A stretch of DNA of 32,000 nucleotides from NCBI RefSeq assembly GCF_022701215.1, contig NZ_CP089976.1:150001-182000 (forward strand), written 5' to 3'. Under the pieces are notes generated by a model. It was not told the origin of the DNA, made no database searches, and saw only the letters and a list, made by a program, of their open reading frames with translations. Shown one piece after another: positions 1-8,827 of this stretch. Each line of letters begins with the position of its first letter. The stretch's first letter is position 1. A program made the translations under genes and the position numbers. This DNA is from Moraxella nasovis. Lineage in GTDB: Bacteria > Pseudomonadota > Gammaproteobacteria > Pseudomonadales > Moraxellaceae.

Positions 1-611
1 ACATGAGAGAGCTTATCACAGGTATGGGCGTGCTGCACGATAGTGTTGCCGAAAAGCTTACTGACCCAGCTTCTGCCATTTTACAAATTGATCAAGCCAT
101 TGCTGATACACAGCGTAGCGATACTTTCCCCACCAAGCATTTTGGTGCAGTATTAGCAGGTAGTCTAATTCCTTATATTGACAGCCAGCTTGACAACGGT
201 CAATCTCGTGAAGAGTGGAAAGGACAAGCTGAAACCAATAAAATCCTAGGCAAGAACGATAGCAATCTTATCAATATCGATGGTATCTGCGTGCGTATCG
301 GTGCGATGCGTTGCCACAGCCAAGCCTTAACCATTAAATTAAAAAAAGACATACCGCTTCATGAGATTGAACAAGCACTCATTGACAGCAAAAACCCTTG
401 GCTTGATGTCGTGCCAAATGATAAAGCTGACAGCATGGAACGCTTAACACCTGTTGCAGTGACCGGCACATTAGGTATTGCTGTCGGTCGCTTACGCAAA
501 ATGAACATGGGCAGCGAATACTTGACGGCGTTCACGGTGGGCGATCAGCTACTTTGGGGGGCTGCTGAACCACTTCGTCGTATGCTTGCCATCATTCAAG
601 GACGTATCTAA
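1..611 (+). CDS. asd: Aspartate-semialdehyde dehydrogenase, C-terminal ~200 aa (5' end lies upstream of the window)
   Basis: Translation of ORF 3..611 contains [61 protein letters not shown] and [19 protein letters not shown]. These are colinear with the E. coli Asd C-terminus as I recall it. The frame is open to the window edge and a hairpin terminator follows. Confidence 0.93.
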   Translation, partial: MRELITGMGVLHDSVAEKLTDPASAILQIDQAIADTQRSDTFPTKHFGAVLAGSLIPYIDSQLDNGQSREEWKGQAETNKILGKNDSNLINIDGICVRIGAMRCHSQALTIKLKKDIPLHEIEQALIDSKNPWLDVVPNDKADSMERLTPVAVTGTLGIAVGRLRKMNMGSEYLTAFTVGDQLLWGAAEPLRRMLAIIQGRI

Positions 612-622
612 CCTAAGCCAAC

Positions 623-651
623 AAGCACATCGCCTACGGTGTGCTTTTTTT
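623..651 (+). terminator. Rho-independent terminator after asd
   Basis: Stem aagcacatc (623-631) pairs with ggtgtgctt (638-646), including one G-U pair. The loop is 6 nt and a T-run follows at 645-651. Confidence 0.8.
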
Positions 652-681
652 GATAATCTCTAAATTTATACCATTTATCTT

Positions 682-1704
682 ATGAAATACCAAGACAACA
701 CAACTTATATTATTTATGCAGGTGGCACTTTTGGCAGTCATGGTGTGCCTTTATCACCCTTGCAAGCTGACATTTTTTTACCCACGTTAAAAGACACACT
801 AGACCACACCTTTCCCCAGCTATCTATTGATATTCTACCAAACAACTGTGTTAAAGATAGCAGTTCACTCACACCTGCTGACTTTGTACATTTTTATGAA
901 TTAATCTTAACTTCTTATACCAAAGGGGCTAGGCATTTTGTCTTAATCACTGGTACAGATAGCCTAAGCTATTTGGCAGCATTTTTAGCAAATGCCTTTC
1001 ATGATTGCATGGATATGACGCTTGTCGTTACAGGCAGTATGCAGCCTTTATTTATACCTGACAACCCCGTTCATACCATCAATGCAGATAGTGACGCTTT
1101 GGCAAATCTATCAGGTGCTTTAGCTGTGGCACAAAGCTTATCGCATGGCGTATTTGTGCAGTTTAATGGTCATACATTTTTCGCTGATAACACCCAAAAA
1201 ATTAACAGCCAAGACAAGGACGCTTTTATCGGTACAGTCATAACCGAGAATAATAAACCTAAACCTAAGCCATACCACGCCAAAACTTGGCAAAACAACC
1301 GGTTGGCATCGCTAAATGCCCTACAAAGCCAAGCTAAGCATACGGTCATTTATCCTATTTTCGCTCTACCAAATGACGCTTGCGTATTAGATTATCAGCT
1401 AAATCATCTCCCAAAAGATACCAAAGCAGTCATCATGATTGCCTTTGGTGCTGGTAACTTGCCTTACAATTCATCACTCGCTGACACGCTCCAAAGCCTA
1501 GCTGATAATGATATCAAGGTTATATGTACCACACAATGCCCATTTGGCGGAGTTAGCACCGATTATGCTGCAGGCTCTTGGCAGTACCAGTATGGGGTTT
1601 TAAGTGGTCATGTGCTTAGCATTGCTGCAATTTTTGGGCGTGCATTATGGCTTAGCGTGAATAATCAGCTCAACGCCAACCACTGGCAACAGGGTCTAAA
1701 CTAA
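682..1704 (+). CDS. Asparaginase-family protein (type I L-asparaginase-like)
   Basis: 340 aa. It has an N-terminal YAGGTFGS motif (compare TGGTIG with the catalytic Thr), ITGTDSL (compare HGTDTM Thr-Asp) and NTQKINS (a Lys equivalent to the asparaginase catalytic Lys). The stop overlaps the truA start by 1 nt (TAATG). Confidence 0.7.
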   Translation: MKYQDNTTYIIYAGGTFGSHGVPLSPLQADIFLPTLKDTLDHTFPQLSIDILPNNCVKDSSSLTPADFVHFYELILTSYTKGARHFVLITGTDSLSYLAAFLANAFHDCMDMTLVVTGSMQPLFIPDNPVHTINADSDALANLSGALAVAQSLSHGVFVQFNGHTFFADNTQKINSQDKDAFIGTVITENNKPKPKPYHAKTWQNNRLASLNALQSQAKHTVIYPIFALPNDACVLDYQLNHLPKDTKAVIMIAFGAGNLPYNSSLADTLQSLADNDIKVICTTQCPFGGVSTDYAAGSWQYQYGVLSGHVLSIAAIFGRALWLSVNNQLNANHWQQGLN

Positions 1705-2507
1705 TGATGCCCCAAACTTACGCCATAGGTATCGAGTTTATCGGCACCAATTATCGGGGCTGGCAACGCCAAGAAGAAGTCATCGGCGTGCAGGCAGTAA
1801 TAGAATACGCTCTTACAAGAATCGCTAATGAACCCATTGAGCTAATCGCAGCAGGTAGAACAGATGCAGGCGTCCATGCAGGCAATATGATTGCCCATTT
1901 TTGTACACACGCCAACCGCACCCCTTATAATTGGCTTCGTGGTGCTAACAGCTTACTTCCTGACGACATTGCCTTGCGGTGGCTTGTACCTATGCCAAGC
2001 GATTTTCACGCGCGTTTTAGTGCAATAGCACGTCGATATCGCTATATCACCCTAAACCAGCCTTATCGCCCCGCTTTATTACACCATCAAGTGACGCATG
2101 AGTTTGCACCGCTTGATATTCAAAGCATGATTGCAGCAAGTCAGCAACTTGTCGGCACGCATGATTTTAGCAGCTTTCGAGCCGCCGCCTGCCAATCAAA
2201 TCAGCCCATTCGCACGGTAAGTCATGCTGATTTATTCATGCAAGGTGCTTATTTGGTGCTAGATATCCAAGCTGATGGGTTTTTACATCACATGGTGAGA
2301 AACATCATGGGGACGCTATTTGCAATCGGACGTGGCGAAATGTCTGTTGATGAGCTTATGCCACTCATGCATGCCAAAAATCGCTCGCTTGCACCGCCTA
2401 CTGCAGCAGCTGATGGACTGTATTTTATCAACGCCTATTATCCTGAGAAATTTCAAAAATTATTGCCAAAATTGCCATTAACACCACTTTGGCTGAATTT
2501 ACCTTAA
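1704..2507 (+). CDS. truA: tRNA pseudouridine(38-40) synthase
   Basis: 267 aa. It carries GRTDAGVHA (catalytic Asp motif), RYRY, GTHDFSSF and FLHHMVRNIMG, all typical of TruA. Confidence 0.93.
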   Translation: MMPQTYAIGIEFIGTNYRGWQRQEEVIGVQAVIEYALTRIANEPIELIAAGRTDAGVHAGNMIAHFCTHANRTPYNWLRGANSLLPDDIALRWLVPMPSDFHARFSAIARRYRYITLNQPYRPALLHHQVTHEFAPLDIQSMIAASQQLVGTHDFSSFRAAACQSNQPIRTVSHADLFMQGAYLVLDIQADGFLHHMVRNIMGTLFAIGRGEMSVDELMPLMHAKNRSLAPPTAAADGLYFINAYYPEKFQKLLPKLPLTPLWLNLP

Positions 2508-2576
2508 ATAAATAAACATGGATTTTTTATAAAAAATACAGTATAATAAGCTTTTATTTTAACTTTGAAATAGACT

Positions 2577-2801
2577 ATGGCAAAAAAAGACGATATCATT
2601 GAATTTGAAGGCGAAGTTATTGACACGCTACCAAACACTCTATTTAAAGTTCGCCTAGAAAACGGACACGAAATCATCGCTCACATCTCAGGTAAGATGC
2701 GTAAGCACTATATTCGCATTCTGACAGGCGATAAAGTAAAAGTTGAGATGACGCCTTACGACCTAAGTAAAGGGCGCATCACCTATCGTGGCAAAAACTA
2801 A
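2577..2801 (+). CDS. infA: Translation initiation factor IF-1
   Basis: 74 aa. The sequence [71 protein letters not shown] is near-identical in pattern to bacterial IF-1. A TATAAT hexamer lies at 2542-2547, 30 nt upstream. Confidence 0.97.
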   Translation: MAKKDDIIEFEGEVIDTLPNTLFKVRLENGHEIIAHISGKMRKHYIRILTGDKVKVEMTPYDLSKGRITYRGKN

Positions 2802-2818
2802 GCTTTCTAACACGCCTT

Positions 2819-2855
2819 AAAACTGGTCTTAAGCACAACTTAAGACCAGTTTTTT
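2819..2855. terminator. Bidirectional rho-independent terminator between infA (+) and the esterase gene (-)
   Basis: Perfect 15-bp stem aaaactggtcttaag (2819-2833) / cttaagaccagtttt (2839-2853) with a 5-nt loop. It is flanked by an A-run and a T-run, so it can act on both strands. Confidence 0.9.
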
Positions 2856-2868
2856 ATGCTATTTTTGA

Positions 2869-3543
2869 CTATCTAGCCTGATATACATCAACAATCCAAC
2901 GCCCAATATCCTTAATCTGCTGCATGCAGACTTGATGAGCCATAGGATAGGTAGTAAAGCTTGGAGATAATCCAAGATTTGTTAATTTTTCTTTAGCTTG
3001 CACACCAAGCACAGCTGGCACGACATTATCATAGTCACCATGATCAATTCTTACTCTCACGGCATGATTAGTCGGTATGGACTGCACTTGTTCAGCTGTG
3101 GCAAAATAAGTAGATAACGCCAAAAGCCCTGCTAAAGATCGTGAATTCGTCAGTACATTATGATACGCTACAGCTCCCCCTTGTGAAAACCCTGCAATAA
3201 TAATATTCTCACTGGGTACGCCTTGTTTGATTTGCTCATCAATCAAGTCGTTAATATAATCACTAGATTGGATAATCTGTGCCACATCCACTTTACGATC
3301 AAGCGTCATCTCTAAAATATCATACCATGCAGGCATGATATAGCCCCCATTCACCGTAACAGGTATCTTAGGAGCGTGCGGAAATATAAATCGCACAGCC
3401 AATTCACCAAGCCCAAGCTCTGGAACGATCGGCTCAAAATCATGCCCGCTCGCCCCCAAACCATGTAGCCAAATGACCGCTTTATCAATCGTTTGGCTAT
3501 TTGGGCTGTGTTCAACCACTACACAATCAAGAAGTTTTGTCAT
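2869..3543 (-). CDS. Carboxylesterase/phospholipase family alpha/beta hydrolase
   Basis: 224 aa. It has WLHGLGASGHDF, the nucleophile elbow GFSQGG, and late Asp and His residues (HGDYDNVVP ... MAHQV), as in the carboxylesterase II (EstB-type) family. Confidence 0.85.
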   Translation of the reverse strand: MTKLLDCVVVEHSPNSQTIDKAVIWLHGLGASGHDFEPIVPELGLGELAVRFIFPHAPKIPVTVNGGYIMPAWYDILEMTLDRKVDVAQIIQSSDYINDLIDEQIKQGVPSENIIIAGFSQGGAVAYHNVLTNSRSLAGLLALSTYFATAEQVQSIPTNHAVRVRIDHGDYDNVVPAVLGVQAKEKLTNLGLSPSFTTYPMAHQVCMQQIKDIGRWIVDVYQAR

Positions 3544-3671
3544 ATAAAATTTCCATGAAATACATTAGTGCCATCATAACACAAATCAACCAAACACAAA
3601 ACAACTATGCACCAAGACCGAAAAACCATTATAATAAGCAATATGCACAATGACAATGAATAGGTACTATC

Positions 3672-4565
3672 ATGAAATGGAAAGGCAGAAGACAAAGTAG
3701 CAATATCGAAGATCGTCGTGGTGGCGGACGCAGAGCTGGTGGCGTAGGTATTGTTGGAGTGATTATCGCCATCATTATTTGGAAAGTGTTTGGCATCAGT
3801 CCAGAAACTACGCTTGGCGTCGCCGAACAAATCACCCAACCTAGACAAGTTCAAGCACCAGCACATCAGACTACCGAGCAGACAGAATCCCACGCATTTG
3901 TAGCGACTATCTTAGCGGATACAGAAGACACATGGAATACGATTTTTGCTCAATATGGCAAAAGTTATACACCGCCATCATTGGTGATGTTTGAGCAGTC
4001 TGTCCAGTCAGCTTGTGGTATGGCATCATCAGCAAGCGGTCCTTTTTATTGCCCTGCCGACCAGAAAGTCTATCTAGATACTCAGTTTTTTAGGGATATG
4101 AGAGTACAGCTTGGCATTACTGGTGAGCAAAACCAAACCGAGCTTAGCCGCAGCGACCAAGCGGCAGATTTCGCTCAAGCCTATGTCATCGCCCATGAAG
4201 TTGGGCATCACGTCCAAACTTTACTTGGCATCTCCCAAAAAGTTCGCCAAGCTCAAGCAAGTGCCAATCCTGCTGCTGCAAACAACTTATCTGTACGACA
4301 AGAATTGCAAGCCGACTGCTTTGCTGGATTATGGGCAAAGCACACCCATGAACGCACTGGGTTTTTGGAACAAAATGACATTAACGAAGCCTTAGATGCT
4401 GCCCAAAAAATCGGCGACGATTATCTTCAGCACCAATCTCACGGCCATGCGGTGCCAGACAGCTTTACACATGGCACAAGCGAACAACGCCAACGATGGT
4501 TTTATCGTGGGTTTCAAACAGGTGATTTACAAGCGTGCGATACTTTTGCCACTCAAAACCTATAA
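3672..4565 (+). CDS. ypfJ: YpfJ-family neutral zinc metallopeptidase (membrane anchored)
   Basis: 297 aa. MKWKGRRQSSNIEDRRG is followed by a Gly-rich/TM segment, then GPFYCPAD, the HExxH motif AHEVGHHVQ, ELQADCFAG and PDSFTHGTSEQR. This is colinear with E. coli YpfJ as I recall it. Confidence 0.9.
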   Translation: MKWKGRRQSSNIEDRRGGGRRAGGVGIVGVIIAIIIWKVFGISPETTLGVAEQITQPRQVQAPAHQTTEQTESHAFVATILADTEDTWNTIFAQYGKSYTPPSLVMFEQSVQSACGMASSASGPFYCPADQKVYLDTQFFRDMRVQLGITGEQNQTELSRSDQAADFAQAYVIAHEVGHHVQTLLGISQKVRQAQASANPAAANNLSVRQELQADCFAGLWAKHTHERTGFLEQNDINEALDAAQKIGDDYLQHQSHGHAVPDSFTHGTSEQRQRWFYRGFQTGDLQACDTFATQNL

Positions 4566-4569
4566 ATCT

Positions 4570-4599
4570 AAGCCCCAAGCTGTCATTGGGGCTTTTGTT
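4570..4599 (+). terminator. Rho-independent terminator after ypfJ
   Basis: Stem aagccccaa (4570-4578) / ttggggctt (4586-4594), then a TTTTGTT tail. Confidence 0.85.
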
Positions 4600-4644
4600 A
4601 TTTAAAGCATATTTACCAAAATCAGCAAACAGCCAGATGAACTG

Positions 4645-4653
4645 TGATATAAT
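4645..4653 (+). promoter_or_regulatory. Candidate extended -10 promoter element for rimO
   Basis: TGATATAAT (TGnTATAAT) lies at 4645-4653, 46 nt upstream of the rimO ATG and just downstream of the ypfJ terminator. There is no good -35. Confidence 0.45.
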
Positions 4654-4698
4654 GGTAAGTTATCTTTATCAATACTCAACTGACTTTAGCTGATCGCC

Positions 4699-6162
4699 AT
4701 GACCGTACAGACTTTTAATCCTATTCATCATAAAGCCAATCATAATGAAAATCGTTCAATCAGCGATACCGCAAGCCTAACAAACCAAACCTTAAGCCCT
4801 AACCCCAACCCAAAAATTGGCTTTGTCTCTCTTGGTTGCCCTAAAGCGTTGGTGGATAGCGAACGCATTATCACAGAACTTACCAAAGAAGGCTATCAAG
4901 TTGCCAAAGACTATGATGGTGCCGATCTTGTTGTGGTGAATACTTGCGGCTTTATTGAAAGTGCTGTCCAAGAAAGCCTAGATGCCATTGGCGAGGCAAT
5001 TGCCAGTAATGGTAAAGTTATCGTTACAGGTTGTCTTGGAAAAGATGCAGAACGTATTTACACCATGCACCCTGCTGTATTGGCGGTGACAGGTGCCCAT
5101 GCCTACCACGAGGTAGTACAGGCAGTCACCCATCATGTGCCAAAACCCAAAAAGCCAAAAGACTACAACCCAAAGATTGATCTAATCAATGAAGCAGGCA
5201 TAAAACTTACCCCTGCACATTACGCCTACCTAAAAATCTCAGAGGGCTGTAATCACCGCTGCACATTTTGCATCATTCCAAGCCTTCGTGGTGATTTAGC
5301 CAGTCGCACCATTGATAGCGTTATGAAAGAAGCAGTCTCCCTAAAAAACGCAGGCGTCAAAGAGCTGCTCATCATCAGCCAAGACACCTCCGCTTATGGT
5401 CTTGATTTAAAGTATAAGATGGCATTTTGGCAAGGCGAACCTCTAAAAACGAAGTTTTTTGACTTATGCCAAGCCCTTGCTAAACTTGGCATTTGGGTGC
5501 GTTTACATTATGTGTATCCTTATCCTCATGTGGATAATGTGGTTCAAATCATGGCTGATAGCATGGCAAAATTTAACGGAAAAGGTGGGCTGTTACCCTA
5601 TTTGGACATCCCTTTTCAGCATGCCTCACCAAGCGTGCTAAAAGCCATGAAACGCCCTGCTCACAGCGAAAATGTACTTGAACGCATTGCCAAGTGGCGT
5701 GAAATTTTTCCAGATATTGTCATTCGTTCCACTTTTGTTGTAGGTTTTCCTGGCGAAACCGAAGAAGATTTTCAATACCTACTTGAGTGGCTAAAAGTTG
5801 CACGCCTTGATCGTGTTGGCTGCTTTACCTATTCAGAAGTTGATGGTGCTGTGGCAAATGATTTACCAAACCCTGTGCCAGAAGCCATCAAGCAAGAGCG
5901 TTACGAACAACTCATGGCACTACAGCAACAAATCTCTGCTGATAAACTTCAAGAAAAAGTCGGCAAAACTCTAACCGTGCTTGTAGATGAAATTGATACC
6001 GATGAAAATATTGCCATTTGCAGAAGTTTTGCTGACGCACCAGAGATTGACGGTCATGTCTATGTCGATGAGATTGACGACACAGTTACTGTGGGGGAGT
6101 TTATAACCGTTACCATTGATGAAGCCAGCGACTATGATTTATTTGCTCGTTTTGGCAGTTAA
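4699..6162 (+). CDS. rimO: Ribosomal protein S12 methylthiotransferase (radical SAM MTTase)
   Basis: 487 aa. [20 protein letters not shown] marks the MTTase N domain, CNHRCTFC is the radical-SAM CxxxCxxC motif, and a C-terminal TRAM-like region is present. A low-complexity N-terminal extension of about 35 aa precedes the conserved core, so the start is less certain. Confidence 0.92.
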   Translation: MTVQTFNPIHHKANHNENRSISDTASLTNQTLSPNPNPKIGFVSLGCPKALVDSERIITELTKEGYQVAKDYDGADLVVVNTCGFIESAVQESLDAIGEAIASNGKVIVTGCLGKDAERIYTMHPAVLAVTGAHAYHEVVQAVTHHVPKPKKPKDYNPKIDLINEAGIKLTPAHYAYLKISEGCNHRCTFCIIPSLRGDLASRTIDSVMKEAVSLKNAGVKELLIISQDTSAYGLDLKYKMAFWQGEPLKTKFFDLCQALAKLGIWVRLHYVYPYPHVDNVVQIMADSMAKFNGKGGLLPYLDIPFQHASPSVLKAMKRPAHSENVLERIAKWREIFPDIVIRSTFVVGFPGETEEDFQYLLEWLKVARLDRVGCFTYSEVDGAVANDLPNPVPEAIKQERYEQLMALQQQISADKLQEKVGKTLTVLVDEIDTDENIAICRSFADAPEIDGHVYVDEIDDTVTVGEFITVTIDEASDYDLFARFGS

Positions 6163-6252
6163 TCTCATAACAATGACATAAATTCATGCCTAACGCTTGC
6201 AATTTATACCAATTCCACTAGAATGATGCTAATGTTCACATTGGAGTAGATT

Positions 6253-7011
6253 ATGAAATACTTGGTACTCACCCTACCGTTTTTGCTTGTTACCGTCTCA
6301 CAAGCTGCAAGCTTACCGATAAATCACGATGCTCGATTACAAGCAGGAGCTATCGCCTCATTAAAAGCCGACGCTTATGCCGCTGATGATAAAATTGGCA
6401 TATCACCATTATTTTTATACGATAATAATCGCTTTTATCTTGAAGGTGCTGAAGGTGGTTATTATCCTTATAAAGATTCTCAAAATTGGGTACGCATTGG
6501 GCTTAGCTACGATGATACACACTTTGAGCCAAAAGATGCCAAAAGCACCCAACTAAAGCAGCTCGATGAACGCAAACCCTCAATCAATGCTCACGTCAGT
6601 TATATGCACATCACTCCAGTTGGTGGCTTTGAAATAAAAGCAGCAAAAGACATCTCAAATCATAGTGATGGTCAAATCATCAGCCTAACCCACCGTTCAA
6701 AATTTACTTTCTTAGATGACAATCTTACCGTCTATCCTAAAGTTGGAGCGACATGGTACGACAAAAAGCATAATAATTACTATTATGGCGTATCAGATGC
6801 AGAAGTAGCCAAATCAGGTCTGAGATCGTATCAAGCCAAATCAGGCATCTCACCTTATATCTCTGCCAGTGCTTTTTATAAAATAAATGACCGCATCAGT
6901 GCCTTTGGCAACCAAAAATTTGAATGGCTGTCAAGTACACAAAAAGACAGTCCGCTGACAGATGGTAGCACCAAATCTAGCACAAGCTTAGGTCTGTTAT
7001 ACCAATTTTAA
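6253..7011 (+). CDS. mipA: MipA/OmpV-family outer-membrane scaffolding protein
   Basis: 252 aa. It has the signal peptide MKYLVLTLPFLLVTVSQA, alternating beta-strand pattern, a C-terminal LGLLYQF (terminal Phe typical of OM beta-barrels) and a GGAG Shine-Dalgarno upstream. Confidence 0.8.
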   Translation: MKYLVLTLPFLLVTVSQAASLPINHDARLQAGAIASLKADAYAADDKIGISPLFLYDNNRFYLEGAEGGYYPYKDSQNWVRIGLSYDDTHFEPKDAKSTQLKQLDERKPSINAHVSYMHITPVGGFEIKAAKDISNHSDGQIISLTHRSKFTFLDDNLTVYPKVGATWYDKKHNNYYYGVSDAEVAKSGLRSYQAKSGISPYISASAFYKINDRISAFGNQKFEWLSSTQKDSPLTDGSTKSSTSLGLLYQF

Positions 7012-7032
7012 GCATCAATCTTAAAAATACAT

Positions 7033-7065
7033 AAAAACGCCCATCTACTTAGATGGGCGTTTTTA
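7033..7065. terminator. Bidirectional terminator between mipA (+) and aceF (-)
   Basis: Stem aaaaacgcccatct (7033-7046) / agatgggcgttttt (7051-7064) with a 4-nt loop. Confidence 0.9.
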
Positions 7066-7078
7066 ATTACAGTAAAGT

Positions 7079-8734
7079 TTATAAAAGTACTTTTCTAGGG
7101 TCAGCTAATAGTTTGGCGATATAACGAGTAAATACCGCCGCATCTGCCCCATTAATCGCTCGGTGATCGTATGATAATGATAAAGGCAACATTAAGCGTG
7201 GCTCAAATTCTTTACCATTCCAACGTGGCTGATAAGTCGATTCAGATATACCCAAGATTGCAACTTGCGGGTGATTAACCAGCGGTGTAAAGTATGTACC
7301 GCCCATATTACCTTGACTTGAGATGGTGAATGAAGCACCCTGCAAGTCTTTTGCAGTCAGTTTCTTATTACGTGCTTTTTTGGCAAGTTCACCAATCTCA
7401 ATGGCGATTTGTTTAATGCCTTTATCTTGAGCATTACGAATAACAGGCACAATCAAACCATCATCAGTTGCAACTGCAATACCCATATTCACCGACTTGC
7501 GTAAAATCATTTGGGTATTATCGTCAGAGACGTGGCTGTTAAATTTAGGGTGCTGCACCAAAGCATAAGCGACAATTTTTACAATAAATGCTAAGATTGT
7601 CAAACTTACGCCTTGTGCTTTAAAGTCGCCTTTTAGCTCATTTCTTAGGCTTTCAGTATCAGTAATATCCGCTAGATCAAACTGAGTTACCTGTGGCAAT
7701 AAAGTATTTAGATTTAACTGCGGGATTGATACTTTTTGAAGTCGGCTCAATTCTACCGCCTTGGTCTCACCCCAAATCTCTTTATTGCTCATATCAGGCA
7801 GTGGTGGCAATCTAAGAATCTCGCCAGCCGCTGCAGGGCTTGTAATAATCTGTTTGCTTGAGTTTTGCATGACAGACTTCACATAGCCAAACAAGTCTTC
7901 TTTTAAAATACGCCCATGAATCGCTGTACCTGTCACTTGACTAATATCCACGCCCAGTTCACGAGCTAGCTTGCGTACTGCAGGTCCTGCGTGAGCATCT
8001 TTGGCACGAATATTCACTTCATTTTCTGGCAACTTTGTCGTATTGTCAGCTGATTGAGATTGCTGGTTTTGATTTGGTGCTTGATCTGCCTGTACTTTTT
8101 GGGTGTCCGCTTTTACTTGTTTAGTATCTGCATGAGATTGTACTTTCGTATCACTCGTGCTAATCGTAACAAAAGCTTGTCCACTTGCCACAGTGTCGCC
8201 TGCTTTAATAAGCACTGTCTCAATGACGCCATTAGCAGGAGCTGGCACTTCCACAGAAGCCTTATCCGACTCTACTAAAATCAACGACTGACCTTCAGTA
8301 ACACTATCCCCAACACCAACCAATACTTCGGCAACTTCGGCATTTTCTACACCTAAGTCTGGCAGATTGTAGGTTTGGCTACTGTTGGTGGTTTGCTCAG
8401 ATGGTTTAGCTGCTTCTTGCACTTTAGTCTGTTCTGCTTGTGGCTTAGCATCAGTCTGCTCTTTTTTGGTCTCATCTGCAATCTCGTCTGCCTGAGCTTC
8501 TTCACCACCTGCAGCTTCAAGCACGATTAGCCCTGTGCCTTGGGCGATCTGATCGCCTATACTGACTAAAACTTGACTGACTTTACCGCCTTGGGGGGCT
8601 GGCACTTCCACAGAAGCCTTATCCGACTCTGCTAAGATTAAGCTGTCACCTTCTTCAACGACATCGCCAACTTTTACCAAAATCTCTGCAACTTCGGCAC
8701 TTTCTACACCCATATCAGGGGCTTTAATTTCCAT
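7079..8734 (-). CDS. aceF: Pyruvate dehydrogenase E2, dihydrolipoyllysine-residue acetyltransferase (two lipoyl domains)
   Basis: 551 aa. There are two lipoyl domains, each with ESDKASVEVPAP; an identical 33-nt segment occurs at 8241-8273 and 8598-8630. Other elements are Ala/Gln/Lys-rich linkers, the E3-binding domain GPAVRKLARELGVD and the catalytic SYDHRAINGA. Confidence 0.95.
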   Translation of the reverse strand: MEIKAPDMGVESAEVAEILVKVGDVVEEGDSLILAESDKASVEVPAPQGGKVSQVLVSIGDQIAQGTGLIVLEAAGGEEAQADEIADETKKEQTDAKPQAEQTKVQEAAKPSEQTTNSSQTYNLPDLGVENAEVAEVLVGVGDSVTEGQSLILVESDKASVEVPAPANGVIETVLIKAGDTVASGQAFVTISTSDTKVQSHADTKQVKADTQKVQADQAPNQNQQSQSADNTTKLPENEVNIRAKDAHAGPAVRKLARELGVDISQVTGTAIHGRILKEDLFGYVKSVMQNSSKQIITSPAAAGEILRLPPLPDMSNKEIWGETKAVELSRLQKVSIPQLNLNTLLPQVTQFDLADITDTESLRNELKGDFKAQGVSLTILAFIVKIVAYALVQHPKFNSHVSDDNTQMILRKSVNMGIAVATDDGLIVPVIRNAQDKGIKQIAIEIGELAKKARNKKLTAKDLQGASFTISSQGNMGGTYFTPLVNHPQVAILGISESTYQPRWNGKEFEPRLMLPLSLSYDHRAINGADAAVFTRYIAKLLADPRKVLL

Positions 8735-8827
8735 GATGTTCTCCTGTTACAGATGTCAAACTTGTGTTTTTTAAGCAAGCTTGACACCTTTATATCAATT
8801 TAAAGTGAGTGTTCTAAATAATACACT

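Noticed and set aside
3540-3893. ORFs 3540-3893 and 3629-3835 (-), and the many 60-100-aa ORFs nested antisense or out of frame in large genes. Examples are 4111-4395, 5459-5641, 8054-8278, 9368-9667, 10710-10970, 14310-14519, 16425-16646, 19447-19737, 21921-22187, 22608-22877, 25016-25303 and 28126-29670.
   Set aside because: All of them overlap strongly supported conserved genes, have odd composition (Ser/Pro/Cys/Arg-rich) and lack ribosome-binding sites. They are by-products of open frames opposite real genes.
4699-4810. Low-complexity N-terminal extension of RimO (about 35 aa: [11 protein letters not shown]...SPNPNP)
   Set aside because: There is no internal ATG before the conserved [11 protein letters not shown] core, so the extension may be real or may reflect a non-ATG start. 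It cannot be resolved from sequence alone and is of little consequence.
8159-8734. Internal DNA repeat in aceF (identical 33-mer at 8241-8273 and 8598-8630)
   Set aside because: It is explained by the duplicated lipoyl domains of E2, not by a mobile or regulatory repeat. Having two rather than three lipoyl domains is ordinary variation.
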